Position numbers and translations under genes: made by a program. Source: the human T2T-CHM13v2.0 reference genome, Homo sapiens. From it: 64,000 nt of DNA. This document shows positions 14,383 to 27,092 of this stretch, in pieces; position 1 is the first letter of the stretch; each line of letters starts with the position of its first letter. The DNA is taken from assembly GCA_009914755.4 (NCBI GenBank), contig CP068257.2, positions 16,032,001 to 16,096,000 on the forward strand. Reading direction: 5' to 3'. The notes beneath the pieces were generated by a model. That model ran no database searches and had not been told where the DNA came from. It saw only the letters and a program-made list of their open reading frames with translations.

Positions 14383-14680
14383 TTTTTTTTTTTTTTTTTT
14401 GAGACGGAGTCTCGCTGTCACCCAGGCTGGAGTGCAGTGTCACGATCTCGGCTCACTGCAGGCTCCGCCCCCCGGGGTTCACGCCATTCTCCTGCCTCAG
14501 CCTCCCGCGTAGCTGGGACTACAGGTGCCCGCCACCTCGCCCGGCTAATTTTTTGTATTTTTAGTAGAGATGGGGTTTCACCGTGTTAGCCAGGATGGTC
14601 TTGATCTCCTGACCTCTTGATCCGCCCGCCTCGGCCTCCCAAAGTGCTGGGATTACAGGCGTGAGCCACCGCACCCGGCC
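14383..14680 (-). mobile_element. Alu SINE (minus) with TSD
   Basis: poly-T head then gagacggagtctcgctgtcacccaggctgg ... ggattacaggcgtgagccaccgcacccggcc; flanking direct repeats agtgcatgttttt / agtgcacgttttt. Confidence 0.93.
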
Positions 14681-15529
14681 TCATAGTGCACGTTTTTAAA
14701 GCTCCCTCCATGGTAGGAAAGTTTTTGTGGAACAGAAGAAAATTGGAGGTTAGCAATCATTTTATTATTTTGTTAAATGAAGAAAGCCAGGAAAAATAAA
14801 ATTCCTGGTAAAGAAAGAGTTGCTTCAGTTTACTGCTCTGGGGTGGCTTCTCCAGTGATTCTGGCCGGTGCATTAGGAAGCCAAGTTTGCATTTTGGAGG
14901 TTGTGGACTCAGCATATGAGTCAAGTTTCTTTGCAAAGAAAACCTGAGGGTTTTGTTGTATTCTAATTTATAATTAGGCATTAGGCAAAGTAGCAATGAA
15001 GGATCTTACTTCAGCAGGTTTACTGCTTGATTTTGCTTTTGGTTCTACTTAGCAACTTTAAGTAGAGTAAAGGAAGCAGCTATACTCCTTCAGGGAATCA
15101 AGATATGACAATTGGACATTTGGATATTCATGTGTTTTTTTAGGATGGAACCTCTATAAATGGAATGACACTTCTAAGGTCCAAAAGTAAATATAAATTT
15201 TAAATTGTTCTTTTAAATCTATGCACATTTCTCAGAATCTCAGAAAAAATAAACATTCCAAGAATAAAATGTGATTTGTATTATTTCTACTAAAAAAAAA
15301 AAAAAACTCCCAAGCCAAATACCAAAGCAATGCACATCTGTTGAAATTAGGAATACAGTTATTAAATAAAGCTAAAAAATACACATCTGAAAAATAAAAG
15401 GCAACACAAAGATTAGTGACTTGCTACTATTTTTTATTTGATTTTATTTGCACGTTAGCAATCCTGAAATTAAAAAGAGTCGCACCTTGAAAGATAAACT
15501 AAGTATTCATGGTTTTTATTTTTTATTTT

Positions 15530-15824
15530 ATTTGTTTATTTTTTTGAGACAAAGTCTCACTCTGTTGCCCAGGCTGGAATACAGTGGTGCGATCTTAGCT
15601 CACTGCAACCTCCGCCTCCTGGATTCAATCGATTCTCTGCCTCAGCCTCCTGAGTAGCTGGGATTACAGGCGCCCACCACCACGCCTGGCTAATTTTTGT
15701 ATTTTTAGTAGAGACAGGGTTTCACCATCTTGGCCTGGCTGGTCTTGAACTTTGGACTTCGTGATCCACCTGCCTCAGCCTCCCAAAGTGCTGGTATTAT
15801 AGGCGTGAGCCACTGCACTCGGCC
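15530..15824 (-). mobile_element. Alu SINE (minus) with TSD
   Basis: T-rich head, gagacaaagtctcactctgttgcccaggctgg ... ggcgtgagccactgcactcggcc; direct repeat ggtttttatttt on both sides. Confidence 0.92.
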
Positions 15825-16249
15825 TCTTGGTTTTTATTTTTACAAGATAGAAGTTCAAGGGATTATTTTGAAGTGAAAATAATAGTGTTACTTTTGGTGG
15901 TTAAATGATTGCTTTACCATTCCAAGCACTTTTGACATCCATGGTGGAGGAACTTTGTTTAAGCCAGAAGAAAGGTTTTCCATGCGGCTCTCCTTACAGT
16001 GCTTTCTAGAGATGGGCTATGACACACAGCGACACTGGTTAATAATAGTACTTCCCTATGAGTGAACATTTTAAGTATGGTTAAAAAATAGGTAACAAAT
16101 GATGCAAAAGCAATATAGCTGATCTAGCTAAAATGTTGCTTTATAAAAACTAGATATCTTGGCACCATCTTTGCCTTTGTCCCGTCTGCCTCTAATCTGT
16201 GACCAAGTTCTCAGTCCCTTCCTCTCCATTCTCTCTGCCACTACTTTGA

Positions 16250-16606
<357 letters not shown>

Positions 16607-17140
16607 ACACCAGTTTCTAAATGCTTTGCTGCATTTCCCCCTATTTTTTTTTTTAATAATTCATCCTCCTGAAACATAAACCCCAAAATGTCATCCACTT
16701 GCTGAAAACCTTGGTTTGCATAACTCTCTGTTTGCAACAACTGTTTTCTCTGGGGTTGTCCATATTTTGGGTTAAGACCTTCACTAATGGCCAGGACTCA
16801 GCCCACAGAAAAGGGAGTGTCAGGGTTTGGCAGATCGTTAGGCCCCAGTCAAGTAATTAAGAGTTCTTCCTGCAGCTGCCAGCTTTGGGGAAGACTGGGT
16901 CGCTGCTGATGATGTTGAGTCAGGAGCCCAGCTATGTACACTGGGCACATGTGGGGAAGGATGGGAGAAGGCTGGAGCCCCAGTGGTCATGAACTGCCCA
17001 AGCACTCAGGCAATGCACAGTAATAGCAGGACTAAGCCCAGAGCCTGCACTCTGATGGATACGAGATAACCAGCCCACTTCCTGCCTCGTTCAGGAACTC
17101 TACAAGGCCAAACCTATTCATTTTATTTATTTATTTATTT

Positions 17141-18390
17141 AGAGATGGAGTCTCACTCACTTTGTCATCCAGGCTGCAGTGCAGTGGCGCAATCTCGGCT
17201 TACTGCAACCTCCGCCTCCCGGATTCAAGCGATTCTTCTGCCGAAGGTGTGGTTTGCCCCTCCACACCTGTGGGTGTTTCTCGTTAGGTGGAACGAGAGA
17301 CTTGGAAAAGAAAGAGACACGGAGACAAAGTATAGAGAAAGAAATACGGGGGCCCAGGGGACCAGCGTTCAGCATACGGAGGATCCCGCCGGCCTCTGAG
17401 TTCCCTTAGTATTTAGTGATCGTTCTTGGGTGTTTCTCGGAGAGGGGGATGTGGCAGGGTCATAGGATAATAGTGGACAGAAGGTCAGCAGATAAACACG
17501 TGAACAAAGGTCTCTGCATCATAGACAAGGTAAAGAATTAAGTGCTGTGCTTTAGATATGCATACACATAAACATCTCAATGCCTTAAACAGCAGTACTG
17601 CTGCCCGCGTGTCCCACCTCCAGCCCTAAGGCAGTTTTCCCCTATCCCAGTAGATGGAATGTACAATTGGGTTTTACACCGAGACATTCCATTGCCCAGG
17701 GATGGGCAGGAGACAGATGCCTTCTTCTTGTCTCAACTGCAAAGAGGCGTTCCTTCCTCTTTTACTAATCCTCCTCAGCACAGACCATTTACGGGTGTCG
17801 GGCTGGGGGACGGTCAGGTCTTTCCCTTCCCACGAGGCCATATTTCAGACTATCACATGGGGAGAAACCTTGGACAATACCTGGCTTTCCTAGGCAGAGG
17901 TCCCTGCGGCCTTCCGCAGTGTTTGTGTCCCTGGGTACTTGAGATTAGGGAGTGGTGATGACTCTTAAAGAGCATGCTGACTTCAAGCATCTGTTTAACA
18001 AAGCACATCTTGCACAGCCCTTAATCCATTTCACCCTGAGCTGACACAGCACATGTTTCAGGGAGCACAGGGTTGGGGGTAAGATTACAGATTAACAGCA
18101 TCTCAAGGCAGAAGAATTTTTCTTAGTACAGAACAAAATGGAGACTCCTATGTCTACTTCTTTCTACACAGACACAGTAACAATCTGATCTCTTTTTCTT
18201 TTCCCCACATTCTGCTTCAGCCTCTTGAGCGGCTGGGACTACAGGTGTGCATCACCACACCCAGCTAATTTTCATATTTTTAGTAGACATGGGTTTTTAC
18301 CATGTTGGCCAGGCTGGTCTTGAACTCCTGACCCCAAGTGATCTGCCTGCTTTGGCCTCCCAAAGTTCTGGGATTACAGGCATGAGCCAC
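17141..18390 (-). mobile_element. Alu SINE (minus) split in two (17141-17241 and 18210-18390) by the LTR5 insertion
   Basis: left part ends gattcttctgc(c), right part resumes ttctgcttcagcctc...ggattacaggcatgagccactgtgcctggc; the two halves reconstitute the Alu motif gattct.ctgcctcagcctcc. Confidence 0.88.
17242..18209 (-). mobile_element. solo LTR of HERV-K(HML-2), LTR5 family
   Basis: reverse complement reads tgtggggaaaagaaaaagagatcagattgttactgtgtctgtgtagaaagaagtagacataggag ... cacccacaggtgtggaggggcaaaccacacc, i.e. LTR5 from its 5' TGTGGGGAAAAG start through U5; about 970 bp; no internal proviral sequence; 6-bp direct repeat ttctgc on both sides (17236-17241, 18210-18215). Confidence 0.82.
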
Positions 18391-18732
18391 TGTGCCTGGC
18401 TCCCATTTTAGATATTGGTAACGCAAGCGGGTAAAGACTAAGAATGACTTACTCCATTCTCTAAAGTAGTAGTTCCCAACATGGGCTAATCATATGAATT
18501 TCTTGGGAAGATTCCGGGGACCCATTATGAATGGTCTGAATCAGATTACCCAAGCAGATCCGACCCCAGGAATATGTATTTTAATCTAGTTTTCCAGGTG
18601 ATTCCCACGTAGTCGGTTTGACAAGGCCTGGGGAACCAGTGAATAAGAGGGGGAAAATCAACATTCCTCACCATCACACCCAAGGCTGTTTACCACCAAA
18701 GTCCTATCATTCTGTAGCCATTCAGCTTTGTA

Positions 18733-18742
18733 GGTTTGTTAC

Positions 18743-18781
<39 letters not shown>

Positions 18782-18783
18782 TT
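18733..18783. repeat. (TTTA)n microsatellite, about 12 units
   Basis: ttatttatttattt... run. Confidence 0.95.
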
Positions 18784-19411
18784 GCTCCTCTCCTCTCTGG
18801 TATGTGATAATCCTGTGCACTTCTGTACATTTGCTCATATTTTTTGCTTTGATTTGAATGCTGTTTCCTATCTTCTTCATTTGGGAAGAAAAATCTTGTA
18901 TTTATTTCAAGTTCCAACGACTGATTCATTGAGAGGGTTCCCTTGATCCTACCAGCAGAATTAATTGCTTCTTTTATGCTTTCAAAAAGCTTTGTTCATA
19001 CCATTGGTAAGTATTTATCACACAGATTTATAGTTATAAGGTTAAGACATTCTGAATCACAAACCAGGACACATAATCCTGCAATCAGAATTGCCCCAGA
19101 TAATGTAAGATCCTTGATTACCACAGTTACAGTTGCTTGTGTCTTCCCTGATAAAGTATGAATTCTTACAGGCCAGAGACAGTCCTGTATTCACCAGTGT
19201 AACTCACACAACCTTCAATATGGTACAATGGAAATAGAAGGTGTCTAATAAATGTTGGGCGTCCATGTGAGCATGGTGCTGCCATTTTGAGTGTCAAGAT
19301 ACACTTAGCACCACTCAGAACTGGGAGCACGACTCCTCTTAGAAGGTGAATGGAAAGAATGTTTTGTCTTTCTTTTTATTTGTCATATTTCAGTTAAGAT
19401 CAGGCATAAAG

Positions 19412-20219
19412 TGTCATGTGTGTCTGTATGAAGACAGTCCACCACACAGGCTTTGTGTGAGCAACAGGGCTGTTTATTTCACCTGATGCAGGCGGGCTGA
19501 GTCCATAAAAGGAGTCAGCAAAGGGTGGTGGGATTATCATTAGTTCTTATAGGTTTGGGATAGGCGGTGGAGTTAGGAGCAATTTGTTGTGGGCAGGGGG
19601 TGGATCTCACAAAGTACCTTCTTAAGGGCGGGGAGAATATCACAAAGTACCTTCTTAAGGGCAGGGGAATATCACAAAGTACCTTCTTAAGGGCAGGGGA
19701 ATATCACAAAGTACCTTCTTAAGGGCGGGGGAATATCACAAAGTACCTTCTTAAGGGCGGGGGAATATCACAAAGTACCTTCTTAAGGGCAGGGGAATAT
19801 CACAAAGTACCTTCTTAAGGGCGGGGGAATATCACAAAGTACCTTCTTAAGGGTGGGGAGAATATCACAAAGTACCTTCTTAAGGGCGGGGGAATATCAC
19901 AAAGTACCTTCTTAAGGGTGGGGAGAATATCACAAAGTACCTTCTTAAGGGCGGGGGAATATCACAAAGTACCTTCTTAAGGGCGGGGGAATATCACAAA
20001 GTACCTTCTTAAGGGCGGGGGAATATCAGAAAGTACATTATCACAAGGGCAGGGAGGGTGTATTGTCATAGGTCGATTGATCAGTTAGGGTGGGGCAGGA
20101 ACAGGTCACAATGGTGGAATGTCATCTTTTGTGGATCTTCAGTTGCTTCAGGACATTTGGATGTATACGTGCAGGTCACAGGGGATATGATGGCTTAGCT
20201 TGGGCTCAGAGGCTTGACA
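19412..20219 (-). mobile_element. solo LTR of HERV-H type (LTR7-like) with an expanded U3 tandem array
   Basis: right end matches the reverse complement of the LTR7 5' end (ttcagttgcttcaggacatttggatgtatacgtgcaggtcacaggggatatgatggcttagcttgggctcagaggcttgaca = rc of TGTCAGGCCTCTGAGCCCAAGCTAAGCCATCATATCCCCTGTGACCTGCACGTATACATCCAGATGGCCTGAAG...); left end matches the rc of the LTR7 3' end (ccaccacacaggctttgtgtgagcaacagggctgtttatttcacctg..gcaggcgggctgagtcc); TG..CA termini; 5-bp direct repeat taaag at 19407-19411 and 20220-20224. Confidence 0.75.
19591..20050. repeat. 32-bp minisatellite x about 14 inside the LTR7-like U3
   Basis: unit aatatcacaaagtaccttcttaagggcggggg with variants gggcagggg and gggtggggag; head-to-tail, no spacers. 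Confidence 0.95.
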
Positions 20220-20869
20220 TAAAGCATGCTGGGATGTTAGTAGTACTGGGCCTGGAGGGTGAGGGAGGGAGGAACCCATGACCAGCTAGAATGGGGACAG
20301 GAGTTGGATGTATAAGATATATACAAGATCCCTGTTCTCATAAAACTTACATTCTAGCAGGGGAGATGGGCCAAACCAATTTGAACAAATACAGTATTTC
20401 CAAAATGATAAGTTCTTAATTTAGCAGAGGAAACAGAGAATAAGTAAATACCCAAATGAGATGATTCAAACAGTGATAAGAGCTATGAAGAAAATAAGAG
20501 ATAATGTCTCCAAAGGGGTCTACTTATCAAGGGGTGGGGGTGCAAAGGGGTAGGATTAGATGGGGTGAAGGGCTCTCAGAGATGACTTTTGTTGAGAGCA
20601 GACATAAGGAAGGAACTAGCTATGCAAAGAGTTGGCAAGAGACAGTTCTAGGAAGAGGAAACCTCAAATGGCACAACCTTGAGATATGAATGAGCTGGAG
20701 CATTTGGGGAGCAGAAAGAGACATACTGTGGCAAGAGCCCAGTAAGTGAGGAGCCAAGCTGTGGGGAGTGTGGGTGGAGATAGACACAGGGCAGATTATA
20801 TGGGGCCTTGGAATATTCCTTTTATGCCAAGTGCAGTGGACAGACCTTGGAGTGTTTTTATTTTGTATT

Positions 20870-21170
<301 letters not shown>

Positions 21171-21310
21171 TGCTATTGGAGTTTTAAGCAGGGAGTGGCA
21201 TAATCAATTCTGAGAAATCTTAAAGAGGTAACATTCTCAGAATTAGGTAATTTCTAAAAATACATCTAAAGGAGAGAGTGGGGTGAAGACGTTCAAAGAT
21301 TCAAAGGTGA

Positions 21311-22372
<1,062 letters not shown>

Positions 22373-23307
22373 GCAGGTGGAAATGTTAAGTGAGAAATTG
22401 GATATATGTGTCTGAAGTTTTGGGGAAACATCTCGTTCAAGGATATAGATTAGAGATTCATCATCCTATAGGTCATTGTTAGAACGACAAGAGTGGCTAA
22501 AATTACACAGAGTGTGAAGCATGAGTGGGTTGAGGATGGGCTCTTGGGAAGACAAATATTTCAAGAGTGGATGAAGATAACAGTACCAACACAGGATATG
22601 TGGAAACAAATCAAAGGAATTGTCTGTGGACAAAAAAATGCAAAGGGCTTTCTCTACTCTCTCATTCAGCAATGATCAACACAGAAAACCACATTCGGTG
22701 ACCAATTGTGGGTGCGCTTTTCCCCACACAAGTGAGCAATCAAGTTCTCCAGTGGACCGCAGCTGGATGGCTCCAATCCAGTTCAATTCTGACACTGTGT
22801 ACCTGAGATAGTGTCAGATCCCACAGGTTGAGGGCTTGGTCCCACAAGACTGGCCCCACTTCCAATGTCAATCCCAAGCCCCTGGTTGTTCTGCCAGGGC
22901 TTCTGACTGCCTGTAAACCAGGGTTTCCACAATATTGTGTCAGGTTCGAATCAGCCTAGTTGTGCTAACTCTGACTTAGGAGCTGGGAGGTATCAGGATG
23001 ACTCAGTGGCCAATTAAATGCTTTTGAATTCACGGTTTATTGTGAGGCTTTCACACATCAACAATCATGCAAATATATTCAACACACACACAAGCAGCAA
23101 TAAGAGAGAGAGGGGACCAGCATGCTGAGGGATGAACAGGACAGGTCTGGATTTCCCTGGAAACGCCAACCAGCAGAGTGGGTGGGAGGCTGCTGCTTTT
23201 CTCCCCACAGCTTCTGGTGGCCACTGCCAATGGAGAAGAGGCCACAGAATTCTGAGGCAGAGCTTCTTCAGGCATCTTGGACATGGTCAGTTTCTTTGCT
23301 GTTTTGA

Positions 23308-23661
<354 letters not shown>

Positions 23662-23816
23662 TTCACTTTCTTGTTGGGTCTGGGGGGTGCCTGGCCAAGC
23701 AAGTGTTATCTTATCACCTCAGTTCACCATACATATGCTTATCACTTTGAGGGGTCAGCAATTTCCGATTTCACTCTGGGCTCTCACTTGTCACAAGTGA
23801 GTCCATTTTGAGACAT

Positions 23817-23870
23817 GTTAAATCACATTATACTAATGTGTATAGTATAATTAGTATAATGTGATTTAAC
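23817..23870. repeat. perfect inverted repeat, 21-bp arms and 12-bp spacer (hairpin-capable)
   Basis: gttaaatcacattatactaat at 23817-23837 and its exact reverse complement attagtataatgtgatttaac at 23850-23870, spacer gtgtatagtata. Confidence 0.9.
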
Positions 23871-23889
23871 TATAATGTGTCAATGAAGA

Positions 23890-24330
23890 GTCTAACTGTA
23901 AAATAGTTGAAGAGATTTATTCTGAGCTAAATATGAGCAACCATAGCCCATGACACGGCCTCAGGAGGTCCTGAGAACATGTGCCCAAGGTAGTCAAGGT
24001 GCAGCTTGGTTTTATGCATTTTAGGGAGGCATGAGACATCAATCAAATACATTTAGGAAATACATTGGTTTGGTCTATTGGTTTGGTCTAGAAAGGCAAG
24101 ACAACTCAAAGTGGGAACTTCCAGGCTATAGGTAAATGTAAACATTTTCTGCTTGGCAATTTGTTCAGTTTGTCTAAAGACCTTAGATCTATAGAAAGGA
24201 AATGCTCAGGTTAAGATAAAAGATTGCAAGACCAAGGTTCTTTTGAAGTCTTATTATCATGGCTGCCCTTAGAGACAGTAGATGACAAATGTTTCCTATT
24301 CAGATCTTTAAAAGGTACTAGACTTTTAGT
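23890..24330 (+). repeat. copy B of the unidentified interspersed repeat family
   Basis: see copy A (4560-4990); shares gcagcttggttttatgcattttagggaggcatgagacatcaatcaa, ggtctagaaaggcaagacaactcaaagtggga, ttctgcttggcaatttgtt. Confidence 0.55.
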
Positions 24331-24798
24331 TAATCTCTTTAGGATTGGGAGGGCCTGGAAGAAAAAGACCTAGCTATGTTAATAGAGATTCTATGTTAAT
24401 AGAGATTCTTTACAGATGCAAATATTCCCCTACAAAGGACAGCTTTGTAGGGCCATTTCAAGATATGGCAAAGAAACATGTTTTGGGGTAAAATATTTTT
24501 ATTTTCTTTCTTGTTTCATAATGTTATGCCAGAGTCAGGTTGGAAAGTAAGTCACAATATATAGGGTTAAATAAAACCCAAGTGATGAGAATTTATGGTT
24601 TGTATGGCATGACTTCCCAGACTCCTTAGATAGGAATTTGGGCAAGATAAAAAAAATCAGAACTTAGTCCTTAAATGTTCTATCACCTAACTTCCCCTTG
24701 GGTTTGATTTATTCACGAACTCAGGGAAACAGTTTACTGGTTCATTATAGAGGACATTACAGAATTTCAAGTCTTATTACTTAAGAAATACATTCATG

Positions 24799-25105
24799 AC
24801 CGGTGCGGTGGCTCACGCTTGTAATCCTAGCACTTTGGGGCGCTGAGGCGGGTGGATCACCTGAAGTCAGGAGTTCAAGACCAGCCTGGCCAATGTGGTG
24901 AAACCCCGTCTCTACTAAAAATAAAAAAATTAGCCAGTCGTGGTGGCACATACCTGTAGTCCCAGCTACTCAGGAGGCTGAGGTAGGAAGAATTGCTTGA
25001 ACCCAGGAGGTGGAGGTTGTAGTGAGCCGAGATTGCACCACTGCACTCCAGCCTGGGTGACAGAAGAGTGGAACTGTCTCCAAAAAAAATTAATAAATAA
25101 AGGAT
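24799..25105 (+). mobile_element. Alu SINE (plus)
   Basis: gaccggtgcggtggctcacgcttgtaatcc ... cagcctgggtgacagaagagtggaactgtctcc plus A-rich tail. Confidence 0.9.
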
Positions 25106-26088
25106 ACTACAAAGGATACAGATGAAAAAATGCATAGAAAAACGTGCGGGGGAAGGTATGCGGAGCTTCCATCTCCTTCCCAGGCAGTCACCCTCCAGGA
25201 ACCCCCAAGTGTTCAGTTACCTAGAGGCTTTCCAAACCTGGTCCTTTTGAGTTTTTATGGAAGCTTCATTACATGGACATGATTGATTAAATAATTGGCC
25301 ATTAGTGATTAACTCAACTTTTAGCCACTCTCCCTCCCCAGAGGTCAGGAGGTAGAGTGAAAAATCCCAACCCTCTAATCATGCCTTGGTCATTCTGTGA
25401 CCAGCTCCCATCCTGAAGCTACATAGGGGCTGCCAGCCATCAGTCAACATTAGCATACAAGAAGTCATCACTTTGGAGAGTCTAAGGATTTTAAGAATTG
25501 TATGCCGGGAAATGGGTGGAAGATCATATATATATTTCACAGTATCACAAATTGTTTTTATAATAAAGACTTAAATATGTCCACTAGATTTCATAGTGTG
25601 GAGGCATTGGTGACCTTGGGGAGACAAACTGATTCAGAAAGTGAATGTTGACTGCTTTCTGAGAAGGTTGGCAGAGAATGAAAGGAGACAAATTACAGTG
25701 AATAGTAAAAGGTCAATGGGTTTTTTTTTAGGGTGGGAGAGACTTGGGACTATTTATAGGCTAAAGAGAAAAAAATCAATAGAACAAAAAGATGGAATAT
25801 TCAAGAGAAAAAGTGAAATTTGAAGGAGTGAGAGCTTGGAAGAAAAAATGAAGGGATTTGGAGCAGTTATCTTAAAATAGGAAGGATAGTTTATTCTCTT
25901 AGGATGAAATGAAGCAAGTAAAAGTGTGGATGTCCACATGTTTGAGTGCAAGATGATGAGTTGAAAACTGAGGGAATTTACTGTAGATGGTCCCAACTGT
26001 TTTATTCAATCTAGTTAGATAGTAAAATGTTGCCAGTCTGAGAGCTCATGTGTGTGTGCACACATGTATGTAGATGTATGTATGTATG

Positions 26089-26544
26089 TGATATTGTTTG
26101 GATCTGTGTCCCCACCCATAGCTCACGTTCAATTGTAATCCCCAGTGTTAGAAGTGGGGCCTAGTGGGAGGTGATTGGATCATGATGGTGCTCCTTCATG
26201 AATGGTTTATTGTCATCTTCTGGGTGTCATTCTCATGATAGTGAGTGAGTGAATTATTGTGAGATCAGGTTGTTTAAAAGTGTCCAGCACCTCCCTTGAC
26301 CCTCTTACTACTGCTCCTGCCATGTTAGGTGCCTCGCTCCCCATTTGCCTTCTGCCATGAGTAAAAGCTCCCTGAGGCCTCCCCAGAAGCAGATGCCAGC
26401 ATCATGCTTCCTGTACAGCCTGTGGAACCATGAGCCAATTAAACCTCTTTTCTTTATAAATTGGGCCAATTAAACCTTTTTTCTTTATAAATTACCCAGT
26501 CTTAGGCATTTCTTCATAGCAATGTGAGAACTGGCTAACACAGA

Positions 26545-26545
<1 letters not shown>
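26089..26545 (+). mobile_element. MaLR LTR (THE1/MST-type), plus strand
   Basis: tgatattgtttggatctgtgtccccacccatagctca..ttgtaatcccca ... ggtgattggatcatgatgg ... tcattctcatgatagtgagtgag ... ccattaaacctcttttctttataaattacccagtcttaggcatttcttcatagcaatgtgagaactggctaacacag, the classic THE1/MST LTR blocks; contains a 30-bp internal tandem duplication (ccaattaaacctcttttctttataaatt x2). Confidence 0.85.

Positions 26546-26582
<37 letters not shown>
26546..26582. repeat. (TG)18 microsatellite
   Basis: tgtgtg... run immediately 3' of the MaLR LTR. Confidence 0.95.
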
Positions 26583-26584
<2 letters not shown>

Positions 26585-26600
26585 TGTGTACTTGCTTTCT

Positions 26601-26891
<291 letters not shown>

Positions 26892-27092
26892 GGTGTGTAC
26901 TTGCTTTCTAAAAAACATTTTACTTTTTTACTGAGGTAAAATTTGTGTAAAAAAAATTATCATTTTTTAAGGGCAGGGGAAGGACCTTAAAAAAATAAAT
27001 AAAATAAATAAAAATTACCATTTTAAAGTGAAGAATTCAGTGGAATTTAGTACTATAAATCAAAAGTAAAATTCTAAGCGCCTCCAACCATC

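Noticed and set aside
19591-20050. Regular array of about 14 x 32-bp repeats that could superficially resemble a CRISPR array
   Set aside because: Units are contiguous with no spacers. The sequence is embedded in a primate ERV LTR, and the whole window is Alu/L1-rich eukaryotic DNA. It is a minisatellite.
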